Shown: in pieces, positions 16,060 through 24,418 of the stretch | Position numbering within the stretch: the stretch's first letter is position 1 | How the letters are laid out: each line of letters starts with the position of its first letter | IMG/VR virus record: IMGVR_UViG_3300013954_000001 | Location: 1 to 64,000 of that record | Length of the DNA stretch: 64,000 bases | DNA from: a virus | Taxonomy: Duplodnaviria > Heunggongvirae > Uroviricota > Caudoviricetes | Reading direction: 5' to 3' (one strand) | The notes under the pieces: model-generated | The model's database searches: none | What the model was told of the DNA's origin: nothing | What the model saw: the letters and a program-made list of their open reading frames with translations, nothing else | Made by a program: the position numbers and the translations under genes

Positions 16060-16778
16060 CAGGTAAAAAAACTGTTCAACCCCTCAAATACTACGGTTTC
16101 AGTTTTACCCGGCAGCACTTCAACTTCTACAGTGTGGCGCAGCTTCGGCATCGTCTGGAAGAACTTCTGAATGGCCAGCAACCCTTTGGTGTCGATGTCG
16201 TCGTAGAACGCTTCGAGTTCGGCGCGACTCACTGATTCTGTCGGGTAGATTTCTTCGTTGTCATAGATGTAATCAATGCACAGCATGGCTAGCTCTTGAT
16301 CGTCGCCAGAGTTCTCCATTGTTTTCAGCAAGTCGAACGTCGGGTATTTCATGACGATGCCGATGTTGTCGTCGAGTTGAATCTTCTTGACGTGGTCAGG
16401 GTTTTGTTCGACTTTGATGTCGTCGATGTTGATGTTGACGTCGATAAAGTTGCTGAGCTTCTTGCCGTCTTCTTGGTAGTCGTAGCGATACTGAACTGTA
16501 ACGATTTCGCCTACCGACTTGGCACGGATACGCATAAACAAGTCTTCGATGTCGAACGTCGACAACTGATCAACTTTGACTTTGCCTAGCGTACAGTTCT
16601 CTACGATCTGCGTGACGGCGTTGAGGATCAACTCGTTTTCGCCGGCCTCGCCTTTAGCGTTCTTGGCGACAAGCAGCGCCTTTTGCTCGGCATTCGTGAA
16701 AGGCCGATACTTGATTGTCTTACCAAGACCTACTAGGTGGTGGCTGTATTGTGCGTGACTCAGCTTAGGTAATGCCAT
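16059..16778 (-). CDS. Putative baseplate/tail structural protein (239 aa)
   Basis: Co-oriented with, and adjacent to, the tail-tube-fold gene and the gp29-like gene. No diagnostic motif was found. Confidence 0.35.
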   Translation of the reverse strand: MALPKLSHAQYSHHLVGLGKTIKYRPFTNAEQKALLVAKNAKGEAGENELILNAVTQIVENCTLGKVKVDQLSTFDIEDLFMRIRAKSVGEIVTVQYRYDYQEDGKKLSNFIDVNINIDDIKVEQNPDHVKKIQLDDNIGIVMKYPTFDLLKTMENSGDDQELAMLCIDYIYDNEEIYPTESVSRAELEAFYDDIDTKGLLAIQKFFQTMPKLRHTVEVEVLPGKTETVVFEGLNSFFT

Positions 16779-16789
16779 TAGCTGTCTCC

Positions 16790-17743
16790 TTAGAATATCC
16801 TGTCAATAGTGCCGTCGATCAAGTCCATCAGTTCTGCGGCTTGCGTCGGCTTAATCTTGTCGCTGACGTCGATAGAAGCCTTGATGCCGTTGAGAAGACC
16901 AACTGTTTTGTTGATAGACTCGCCTGTTGTCTCTCTGACGACGTCGTCAATCTGTTTGTATATATTCAGCGCTTCGCCTTCTAAATCGATGCCTGTAGCG
17001 TTCTCGATGTAGTCGAGGCCGCGTTGCACGACAGGGTTAGACAGCACTGGCGCCAGATACGGGCCGAACGGCGTCTGCATCAGACTATCCATCAGCGTGT
17101 TTTCGCCGTCTGCGTTGATGTCGGCGTAGTGCCACGACCGATAGGCGAACTGCACCATGAACTCATGCGTGTTGTTCATTTCAAGGTTCGACAGCGTCAA
17201 CGGGTTCGACATGACGGGATACGCGTCTTCGAGCATGACGGCGTGAACGATGTTATCCATCGTATCTAGCTGGTAGATAGTGATGGGAACGGCGTAGTCT
17301 TGAAGATACCCGACTTCGTGAGTCTTGGGGTTGACGACAAGCGACATCCATTCGTCGATGACAGTCTTTTCTAGCATGTCACGGCTGACTTTGAAGACGA
17401 ACTGCTGGTTGCCGTACATGATTGACTGGCCGATCTTGTGTACGTCGCCGTTGTACTTGGTTTCAGACACGTTGATCGTCTTGCCCGGCAATTCAGTCTG
17501 CGAACACATCATGTCGAGGCCGCGCGTCACTTCAGTCGTGCTAGAGCCAGTGAATACCTTAATGACTTTCACGACTTCTTGAAACGCTTCCTTGAATTTC
17601 GACAGCCTGCCTTCTTTGTCGTCCTTGTTGGTGGCGACGTCTTTCTGCATCTTCTGAGGGACTGGAATCAACACTTGGAATCGGTTCGTTCTCGACATCC
17701 CGTGTTGCAAGATATGCGCTACGTGTTCGTTGTACTTAGCCAT
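16790..17743 (-). CDS. Tail-tube-fold baseplate protein (gp48/gp54-like tube initiator)
   Basis: The N-terminus ...RTNRFQVLIPVP parallels the gp19 tube motif SNRFEVLI. The 317-aa size is close to gp54. It is divergent from gp4, as in T4. Confidence 0.4.
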   Translation of the reverse strand: MAKYNEHVAHILQHGMSRTNRFQVLIPVPQKMQKDVATNKDDKEGRLSKFKEAFQEVVKVIKVFTGSSTTEVTRGLDMMCSQTELPGKTINVSETKYNGDVHKIGQSIMYGNQQFVFKVSRDMLEKTVIDEWMSLVVNPKTHEVGYLQDYAVPITIYQLDTMDNIVHAVMLEDAYPVMSNPLTLSNLEMNNTHEFMVQFAYRSWHYADINADGENTLMDSLMQTPFGPYLAPVLSNPVVQRGLDYIENATGIDLEGEALNIYKQIDDVVRETTGESINKTVGLLNGIKASIDVSDKIKPTQAAELMDLIDGTIDRIF

Positions 17744-17750
17744 GTCGGCC

Positions 17751-17795
17751 TCAATAAATAGTTTTGACTTTACCTAGACTATTTATTGTGAGGCC
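17751..17795. promoter_or_regulatory. Divergent late-promoter-like boxes (CAATAAATAG on the + strand; TATTTATTG on the - strand) between gp4 and the baseplate operon
   Basis: ATAAATA cores lie 35-45 nt upstream of both divergent start codons. Confidence 0.4.
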
Positions 17796-17798
17796 AGA

Positions 17799-18431
17799 AT
17801 GGCGGCAGACTACAACAACACGACAGGCACCGAGCTAGAAATCCTTCAGAAGATCGAAAAGGCTTTCTATCGGAATAACCCTGGTGCTGTCAAGCGAAAT
17901 ACGTCGGCGTCACTTGACTGGTTCCGCAACTACGTGGGTAAAGCACATAACAAGATCGGCACAGGTGTGATGTTCCGCGACAGGGACACGTGGAAGACAA
18001 AGATGACGTTTGGTAAGATGTACTTCTTCGAGTACTTGGCCAAACACAGAGCCACGCTTCCCATCTGGGACCGATATCCTCTAGTTTTCCCGTTCAGCGC
18101 CTACAAGGCCAAAGACGGCGTCGAAATCATTGTCGGCCTCAACATGCACTACTTGCCGCCTGTACTGCGCATGGCGGCTTTCAAGGCGCTGCTGAAGTTT
18201 CGCAACGAAAAGCGCTACAGAGGCAAGACGAAGCTGAAACTAGAATGGGAAGTGCTTAAGGCGCTCAGCGAATCGAAGTACTTCAAGCACGCCGTCCACA
18301 GTTACCGCGCCGATCACTTCAAGTCAGTCTTTGTTGAAGTGCCGGCGCCTGCCTGGGAACTGGCGTTGTTCTTACCTGTCGCTCGCTGGCAGAAGGGAAC
18401 GGCTTCTGAAGCTTGGAATATCAAGGATTGA
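17799..18431 (+). CDS. Head completion protein (T4 gp4-like)
   Basis: IWDRYPLVFPFSAY...GLNMHYLPPVLRMAAFKALLK matches T4 gp4 HWDKFPIIYVI...NLHYIPRRFKVALLTRLL. Confidence 0.65.
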   Translation: MAADYNNTTGTELEILQKIEKAFYRNNPGAVKRNTSASLDWFRNYVGKAHNKIGTGVMFRDRDTWKTKMTFGKMYFFEYLAKHRATLPIWDRYPLVFPFSAYKAKDGVEIIVGLNMHYLPPVLRMAAFKALLKFRNEKRYRGKTKLKLEWEVLKALSESKYFKHAVHSYRADHFKSVFVEVPAPAWELALFLPVARWQKGTASEAWNIKD

Positions 18432-18765
18432 CGAAAGCGGCGACTCGGAGAAGGCTGAATTCTTGTCTGACTTCAGCCTTCGAAACGACACACAAGTCGT
18501 CGTCATCCCATTTGCAGCCGGCATAGATCGTGCGACAGCCTTTGAAGTTGAACGCAACTACAGGGCCGTCGCTCTTGTCGTAGTACACTTCCCAACGACC
18601 TGCTGACATCACATAGCGGTCGGCGTAGACAACAAAATAGCCGTCGTCGAGCATCGATTGCAGACGCCACGCCTTTGTTGCTGCCAGCTTGAACGCTTCA
18701 AACGACTCGTCGCAGCTGAACCATTCGCGGCGCACTTCGTTTAGACTAACGATGGCTTCCATCAT
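18421..18765 (-). CDS. Hypothetical protein (114 aa)
   Basis: A coding-like ORF coupled to the next gene by an ATGA-type overlap. Confidence 0.4.
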   Translation of the reverse strand: MMEAIVSLNEVRREWFSCDESFEAFKLAATKAWRLQSMLDDGYFVVYADRYVMSAGRWEVYYDKSDGPVVAFNFKGCRTIYAGCKWDDDDLCVVSKAEVRQEFSLLRVAAFVNP

Positions 18766-19043
18766 TTACCCTCGGCTTTTAGTTCGACGATACGCTTGTT
18801 ATACCAACGCATCATGTCGGAGAAGTCGGCGTCGTATTCATGCACCCTCAACAAGTAGCTGTACAACGTACAATAACCTTCAATGGCGTCGTCAATCCAA
18901 TTTTTCGCCGCAACGTACTCTTCTGTTGTAATCACTTGATCTTGTAGAGCATACTCCATGGCGTTGCACATGTATTGACACCGGTCTTCACTGTACCGGC
19001 CGCTTTCGATCATCAGCTGGAGAGTTTCACTAACTTTTCGCAT
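18762..19043 (-). CDS. Hypothetical protein (93 aa)
   Basis: Coding-like ORF. Confidence 0.4.
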   Translation of the reverse strand: MRKVSETLQLMIESGRYSEDRCQYMCNAMEYALQDQVITTEEYVAAKNWIDDAIEGYCTLYSYLLRVHEYDADFSDMMRWYNKRIVELKAEGK

Positions 19044-19091
19044 GACTGTCTACTCTCATAAATAGTTGTTTTCAGTCTACACGGTGCTGTC

Positions 19092-19580
19092 GTGAAACTC
19101 AACGAAATTAAGGCTGTCATTGCCGAAGCCTTCAAACTCTTGCCTACCAAGATGTGCGGCGACGATGCCGTCGTCATGCTGCTAGCCATCGGATTGCAAG
19201 AATCTAGATTCACTGCTCGCCGTCAAGTCGGCGGACCCGCTCGCGGTTTCTGGCAATTCGAACTAGGTGGCGGCGTCAAAGGCGTGTTGAATCACAGGTC
19301 GACGCGATACTACGCTCAAGAGGTTTGTGCGGCACGTGGCGTCTCATATAACCCTAAGGCTATCAACGAAACTGCTATCGCCGTGTACCGTGCTTTAGAG
19401 CATGACGACGTCTTGGCAGCGTGTTTTGCCAGAATGCTTCTATGGACTAACGCCAACCCTATGCCGCGAATAGGTGACGTCGAAGGTTCTTGGCAGTACT
19501 ACTTGGCCACGTGGCGTCCGGGTAAGCCGCACGCTCATACATGGCCAGGTCTTTACGCACAAGCTTTGTCTTCGCTGTGA
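19092..19580 (+). CDS. SLT-domain (lytic transglycosylase-like) protein
   Basis: LLAIGLQESRFTARRQVGGPARGFWQFE matches the family-1 lytic transglycosylase motif (catalytic E-S, GxxGLMQ-like). It has a GTG start, and a CATAAATAG late-like box lies 30 nt upstream. Confidence 0.55.
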   Translation: MKLNEIKAVIAEAFKLLPTKMCGDDAVVMLLAIGLQESRFTARRQVGGPARGFWQFELGGGVKGVLNHRSTRYYAQEVCAARGVSYNPKAINETAIAVYRALEHDDVLAACFARMLLWTNANPMPRIGDVEGSWQYYLATWRPGKPHAHTWPGLYAQALSSL

Positions 19581-19795
19581 AGACTGCGTAGAGCGGTATA
19601 GACGTCTGTGGTGACGTCTACACCGCTTTTGTAGAAGCGGAATGCTGGCACGGCTTTTGGGTCGTAGGTGGCCGTGAAGATTTCACGGCCATCAGCAGTG
19701 AAGGCAGTTGCTAGGCTATCGATAGTAGCTAGACGCAGTGCCGCGTCGATTTGTTCGCGCGTCTTCGGGTTGCGCCAAGCGTTTGCGTTGATCAT
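19553..19795 (-). CDS. Hypothetical protein (80 aa)
   Basis: Coding-like ORF. Its 3' end overlaps the SLT gene's 3' end. Confidence 0.3.
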   Translation of the reverse strand: MINANAWRNPKTREQIDAALRLATIDSLATAFTADGREIFTATYDPKAVPAFRFYKSGVDVTTDVYTALRSLHSEDKACA

Positions 19796-19974
19796 TGCTT
19801 GTTCTCAACAGGCCAAAGGTGGATAATGACGGCGCCGCCGTCGCGACTAGTCATGCGATAGCCGCTCCAGTTCGGGTTCGACATGCCGCCAGAAAAGTGA
19901 AGATCGAACCTAGCCCACTTGCGCAGACGGTCGATGTTCTTCATTTTATATTTGCGGATAACAATCTCTCTCAC
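19792..19974 (-). CDS. Hypothetical protein (60 aa)
   Basis: GTG start 8 nt after a CAAGAGAGA purine-rich RBS. Confidence 0.3.
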   Translation of the reverse strand: MREIVIRKYKMKNIDRLRKWARFDLHFSGGMSNPNWSGYRMTSRDGGAVIIHLWPVENKQ

Positions 19975-20037
19975 GATTTTTTCTCTCTTGTCTCAATTCG
20001 CTTGTATGATAGCCGCCGCAGCGGCTGTCGTCAACGG

Positions 20038-20397
20038 TTAGCGCTTATCTAGGGTTATGCGCAGCAGCATCAGCATGAAATAGGTCACCGCGAACACTGT
20101 CGCCGTTATCGCGGCTTCGTTGATCGCCAACACGAAGAACAACGTAGAAGCGACAACGGCTGACATCACATACTGGAGCGGCGTCCTTGGCTTCTTCTTG
20201 ATGTCGTTTTTGACCGCCTCTGCGTTTGCTGCCATCACAAAAAACAACAGCGCCATCATTACGATGATAATCCACGACAGTGTAATTGTTGTGGTAGTAA
20301 CAGCTGCATTACCAGTCACGGCGGCGATAGCACCGAACGCGATGGTGGCGGCAGGGAGGATGTAGCCGTTGATAACGATTTTAGATTCAGACTTCAT
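20038..20397 (-). CDS. Integral membrane protein (119 aa, about 4 TM helices)
   Basis: Hydrophobic helices throughout (e.g. IIVMMALLFFVMAANAEAV, AVVASTLFFVLAI). Confidence 0.4.
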   Translation of the reverse strand: MKSESKIVINGYILPAATIAFGAIAAVTGNAAVTTTTITLSWIIIVMMALLFFVMAANAEAVKNDIKKKPRTPLQYVMSAVVASTLFFVLAINEAAITATVFAVTYFMLMLLRITLDKR

Positions 20398-20409
20398 AGT
20401 TGTGACCTC

Positions 20410-20607
20410 TTAGAATACGAAAAGATGGGCGTAGATGAAAGCAGACGACGCAGCTGCGCCTATCATCGGCGGCATGACGTTGTACCGAACGCTTCCACCG
20501 GCGGCCAACAATCCTATCATAGCCGCCAATTCGATAGCAATCCTGACGACACAAGTAACGAGTACTGCGACGGCGAAAACGGCGATGTATCCGATGTAGT
20601 TTTCCAT
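20410..20607 (-). CDS. Small membrane protein (65 aa)
   Basis: MENYIGYIAVFAVAVLVTCVV...IGLLAAGG. A GGGAGT RBS precedes the ATG. Confidence 0.35.
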   Translation of the reverse strand: MENYIGYIAVFAVAVLVTCVVRIAIELAAMIGLLAAGGSVRYNVMPPMIGAAASSAFIYAHLFVF

Positions 20608-20608
20608 G

Positions 20609-20797
20609 TCAGACTCCCAAGATGTCGGCCATTTCAACGACGGCGTCGCGAAGCGCTGCAACGCCTTTGGTGTCGAGACGAACAGCTGACATGTCACCTT
20701 CTTGAACGACGACGACAATCATAGTGTCTTCGTAGGCGCGCACAGTGATAGTGTCGCCGTCGATGTCTTTGATAGACTTAGTTGCTAGTGCTGGCAT
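20609..20797 (-). CDS. Hypothetical small protein (62 aa)
   Basis: Has an AAGGAG RBS. The ORF track's longer version (start at 20881) lacks one. Confidence 0.35.
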   Translation of the reverse strand: MPALATKSIKDIDGDTITVRAYEDTMIVVVVQEGDMSAVRLDTKGVAALRDAVVEMADILGV

Positions 20798-20879
20798 ATC
20801 AGACTCCTTGTGTCTCTCACTATTCACTTGATACGCACAGTTTACACACGGTTTGGCGGCGACGTCAACACGCGGCCAC

Positions 20880-20910
20880 AAAAAAGGCGCCTTTCGGCGC
20901 CTTCTTTTTA
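20880..20910. terminator. Bidirectional rho-independent terminator (AAAAAGGCGCC-tttc-GGCGCCTTCTTTTT)
   Basis: A perfect GC stem with A/T runs on both sides. It lies downstream of the gp32 stop. Confidence 0.65.
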
Positions 20911-21873
20911 CTGCTGCTCTGCGAGCTTGCGGAACATTTCTAGCACGTCGTCACCGTCGCCGCCTTGCGGCTCAGAACCAGACTCTTCGTCGGCGTCAGG
21001 CACCTTCGGAGTGTTGTCTTGCTCGGCTTCGCGCTTGGCTTGCTCAGTCAGACGATCAACAACAGACTGTGCGACGTCGCCAGTTTCAAGGCGGTCATGT
21101 GCTTCGCCAGTGACCTTCTTGAAGCGCTCAGCCAGTTCTTCAAAGCTCTTGACTTTGGCGAAATCGCTGAGTTCGTGAGTCATGTTGAAAATCTCTTCTT
21201 TCTTGGCGTCGTCGCCTTCGAACAACTCGCTCGGACGGTCGAACTCAGAGTTTTCGTAGTTCGGCACAACAGTCTTGCCACCGTTACGCTGATCAGGGAT
21301 TTCTTTGCCGACAATCTTGATCTTGAAGTCGGCGCCGTTCCACATGTCGAACGGGTCCATCGGTTCGTCGTCTTCGAACTCAGGCTTGGCAGCTGCTTCA
21401 ATCATCTTGAAGATTTGCGCTCCGAATTCGTAGATCATCACCTTGCCGTTGTTGGCCGGGTTGACAGTGTCTTTGATGACGAGAACGTTGGCGAAGTACT
21501 TAGTGTTGCGCTTCCGCGACTTGGCGACGTTCTTCAGGCTTTCATTGCCTTCGGCCTCACCTTTGTTCCAGTACAGGCGGTTCGAAATGCCTACCGGATC
21601 GTCTTCGCCGATAGTCGAACGGCTGTTCTCAATGTACCAACCACCCGAGCCTTTGAAGGCGTGACTGAAGACGCGTACGAACGGCTCGCCGGCTTTAGCT
21701 GGCAGGAAGCGAACGACGGCGTAGCCTTTGCCTTCCTTCTTGTCGAAGCCCGGCTTATAGATACGTTCGTCTTTTTGGCCACCGCTGCCTTTGTTCATCG
21801 TCTCAAGCTTTTCAGTCAGCTTGGACAGGTTGGAGCCACGGCTAGTTTTCAGTTTTGCAAAGTCAATGCTCAT
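20908..21873 (-). CDS. Single-stranded DNA-binding protein (T4 gp32-like)
   Basis: YAVVRFLPAKAGEPFVRVFSHAFKGSGGWYIENS matches T4 gp32 [36 protein letters not shown]. The C-terminal tail is acidic (DADEESGSEPQGGDGDD). Confidence 0.8.
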   Translation of the reverse strand: MSIDFAKLKTSRGSNLSKLTEKLETMNKGSGGQKDERIYKPGFDKKEGKGYAVVRFLPAKAGEPFVRVFSHAFKGSGGWYIENSRSTIGEDDPVGISNRLYWNKGEAEGNESLKNVAKSRKRNTKYFANVLVIKDTVNPANNGKVMIYEFGAQIFKMIEAAAKPEFEDDEPMDPFDMWNGADFKIKIVGKEIPDQRNGGKTVVPNYENSEFDRPSELFEGDDAKKEEIFNMTHELSDFAKVKSFEELAERFKKVTGEAHDRLETGDVAQSVVDRLTEQAKREAEQDNTPKVPDADEESGSEPQGGDGDDVLEMFRKLAEQQ

Positions 21874-21934
21874 ATCAGAATCACCTTTTGTCTAAATATT
21901 GAATGTCGTTAATCATTTTAAGGTTTAGTTTTAC

Positions 21935-22732
21935 ATGTTCACTCAACATATTTATAGCGTACCTCACATTCAACATCACTTAGACAGGTACGTTAAGTTC
22001 ATCACAACGGCAATGAAGCAAAACGAACCTATCGGTGAAACTATAGAAATCCACCACATACTACCAAAGTCTATATGGCCAGAATTCTCAAACCTCAAAA
22101 AGAATCCCTGGAACATGGTGAGACTTACGTCTCGGCAACATTTTATAGCTCATTGCATGCTTGTCAAGTGTTTCTTCGATTCACACAAGCGTTCTATGTG
22201 CTACGCGTTAAAGTGTATGAAAGGTGTTCACTCTAACTACGACCGGTATTTCAACTCGAAGACTTACAATACACTGCGGCATTTAGTTTCAAATGCCTGT
22301 TCTGGCGAAAATAACGCAATGTACGGTAAAACTCACTCTGAAGTAGCAAGAGCGAAGATAAGCGCTACGCATAAAGGTAGAGAAATCACGAAGGAACACC
22401 GAGCCAAAATCAGTAACGCTATGTCGGGTGAGAACCATCCATTGTTCGGTACTACCAGATCAGAAGACACGAAAAAGAAGATTAGTGCGGCAATGGCCGG
22501 CAAGAAAACTCGATTAGGTGCCGTTTTAACTGATGAAACAAAAGAAAAAATCAGAAAGTCTCTTACCGGTAGAAAGCGTGAACCTGTATCTGAAGAGACT
22601 AAGGCTAAGCTTCGAGCGGCGAGAGCCAAACAGAAACCTAACCCTGTGATGGTATGCCCGTACTGCAAGCTAGAAAGCCGCAACAAAGGTAATATGACCA
22701 GGTATCATTTCGATAACTGCAAGATGAAGTGA
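21935..22732 (+). CDS. HNH homing endonuclease with three NUMOD3 repeats and a C-terminal C2HC zinc knuckle
   Basis: The HNH motif is IEIHHILPKS...N...RLTSRQHFIAH. The repeats read NAMYGKTHSE/ARAKIS, GENHPLFGTTRSEDTKKKIS and TDETKEKIRKS. The C-terminus is CPYCKLESRNKGNMTRYHFDNCK. It is inserted between gp32 and gp59 on the opposite strand. Confidence 0.75.
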   Translation: MFTQHIYSVPHIQHHLDRYVKFITTAMKQNEPIGETIEIHHILPKSIWPEFSNLKKNPWNMVRLTSRQHFIAHCMLVKCFFDSHKRSMCYALKCMKGVHSNYDRYFNSKTYNTLRHLVSNACSGENNAMYGKTHSEVARAKISATHKGREITKEHRAKISNAMSGENHPLFGTTRSEDTKKKISAAMAGKKTRLGAVLTDETKEKIRKSLTGRKREPVSEETKAKLRAARAKQKPNPVMVCPYCKLESRNKGNMTRYHFDNCKMK

Positions 22733-22768
22733 CCATTTTGTATTTTCCTTAAGTGACGTCAATTGTCG

Positions 22769-23371
22769 TTAATCGCGTTTAAATGTTGTCACAACAACTT
22801 GCCGCAAGGTTGCTAGCGTGTCGGCGTCGATGTACAGGCTGACAAATTTCTTGTCGGCGGCAATCTTAGCCTTCCACGGAGCGAACACGAATGGTTCGTT
22901 GCTGTAGACGTTATTTAGTTGCGGTACAGCCAGAAACAAAATTACAGCGTCACGATAAACAATCACACCAGAATCAACTAGTTCGTAGATTCTAGGTAGA
23001 GTCCCGCCATTTTCGAACAACTCGGCAAAGTTGTCAACACCAGATTTCAATTTTTCCATTGCTCGACTGAAGGTCGGCACGATGTTGTCGACGTACGCCA
23101 TGTATTCACGATAGCAGGTATGCATGAATCTGACGTTGTCGGCTTTCACGAAACCCGCCTTAGCGAATGCCGGGTAGAAGAACTTCAGCTGATCGCAGAG
23201 AACAGGGAAGTTGCGTTCGATGGCAGCATACTGGTATACGATGGCCTTGTTGGCGGCATACTTGTCGGCAGAAACGCGCGTCTTGAAGTTGTACAGCCAG
23301 CCGTCGTAGGCGCCGCCGCGATAGTGCGCCGACATGCCACAAAACGTTTGATACGCCGTCAAGCCTTTCAT
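22769..23371 (-). CDS. Helicase loader (T4 gp59-like)
   Basis: YDGWLYNFKTRVSADKYAANKA matches T4 gp59 YDVIKYNWCMRVSDAAYQKRRD. The position upstream of gp32 conserves T4 synteny. Confidence 0.55.
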   Translation of the reverse strand: MKGLTAYQTFCGMSAHYRGGAYDGWLYNFKTRVSADKYAANKAIVYQYAAIERNFPVLCDQLKFFYPAFAKAGFVKADNVRFMHTCYREYMAYVDNIVPTFSRAMEKLKSGVDNFAELFENGGTLPRIYELVDSGVIVYRDAVILFLAVPQLNNVYSNEPFVFAPWKAKIAADKKFVSLYIDADTLATLRQVVVTTFKRD

Positions 23372-23580
23372 TTTGACTGCCTCCAGCTGAACACGTACTC
23401 ACTCCTTGAAGGGTCATAGCTGCGCATTACTTCGTAGCCAGACTTGATGACAGCATATAGACCGCTGGCGTCGATAGGGAAGCCTTTCGAAGCCAGAAAA
23501 CGCATGACGTCGTCATCAGTTTTCATAGCAACAATGTCAGACGTCGTCAGCGATATACTACCTTCAGTGAAGACCATCAC
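23368..23580 (-). CDS. Hypothetical protein (70 aa)
   Basis: A coding-like ORF coupled to its neighbours. Confidence 0.35.
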   Translation of the reverse strand: MMVFTEGSISLTTSDIVAMKTDDDVMRFLASKGFPIDASGLYAVIKSGYEVMRSYDPSRSEYVFSWRQSK

Positions 23581-23798
23581 ATTAGCCTTACGTTAGTTGT
23601 TTTCAGCAGACCGGCTTGCTCGCTTTCGTATTCGATGGCGCCGATGATCTTCGGGTTCAGCATCTTAGCGATTTCGGTCATTTCATGGTCAGTTTCATTT
23701 TCATAAAACCATACCACGGCTTCAGTGTACGTTTCAAAGCTGCGTTCAGCCTTGATCTTTTCGATGTGCATCGAAAAGTCGTTTTGGTCTTTGAACAT
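23577..23798 (-). CDS. Hypothetical protein (73 aa)
   Basis: Coding-like ORF. Confidence 0.35.
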   Translation of the reverse strand: MFKDQNDFSMHIEKIKAERSFETYTEAVVWFYENETDHEMTEIAKMLNPKIIGAIEYESEQAGLLKTTNVRLM

Positions 23799-23972
23799 AT
23801 CAGGCAGCCTTCTTGGTAGTTTTGCCGCCTTCGATGGCTACAAGACAGCGTTCAACTTTATCATCACCTACGTAGTCGACGACGACAGCCATCGCCTCTT
23901 TGTAGCACTTGGTGTCGACGTCGATTGCGTGATGTACGCGATCCTCACCTTTGACGTTATAACCTACTAGCA

Positions 23973-24203
23973 TCAGTTCTTCTCCAATGTCTGGACGTGT
24001 TTGGCGTCTGCCATGATAACAACAGCGTGGTCATATGCGCTGCCGGTCGCTACGCCGTAGTTGAAGTCGCCGTCTTCGTCAACAAAGCAGACGACGCCGT
24101 ATTCGTCTGTAACGAGTTCGTAAGTCTTGCCTACGACAACGGCTTTTGCGTTGGCGATACAGTCGGCGTTTTCAGTGCCTAGAATCTTCACACCAAGTTT
24201 CAT
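23973..24203 (-). CDS. Small protein, tandem paralog A (76 aa)
   Basis: KILGTENADCIANAKAVVVGKTYELVTDEYGVVCFVDEDGDFNYGV parallels the neighbour's KILGVKPHVADNWAAKSVVVGKTYDVEYDSLDGSAYFVDEDGDCNYGV. Confidence 0.5.
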   Translation of the reverse strand: MKLGVKILGTENADCIANAKAVVVGKTYELVTDEYGVVCFVDEDGDFNYGVATGSAYDHAVVIMADAKHVQTLEKN

Positions 24204-24418
24204 TTGTCGTCCTCGTAAATGTGTTCGACGTCGTAAATGACTTGAGCGCCTTCGACGCCATAGTTGCAGTCGCCGTCTTCGTCGACAAAGTACGCGCTGC
24301 CGTCAAGGCTGTCGTATTCGACGTCGTATGTTTTGCCGACGACTACAGACTTTGCCGCCCAATTGTCGGCGACGTGAGGCTTCACACCTAGAATCTTTAC
24401 TTGTTTGATCTTCATCAT
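24200..24418 (-). CDS. Small protein, tandem paralog B (72 aa)
   Basis: See paralog A. The two genes are coupled by an ATGA overlap. Confidence 0.5.
   Translation of the reverse strand: MMKIKQVKILGVKPHVADNWAAKSVVVGKTYDVEYDSLDGSAYFVDEDGDCNYGVEGAQVIYDVEHIYEDDK

Noticed and set aside
20965-21912. 315-aa plus-strand ORF antisense to gp32
   Set aside because: gp32 is identified by strong motif similarity, and the antisense frame is an artefact.
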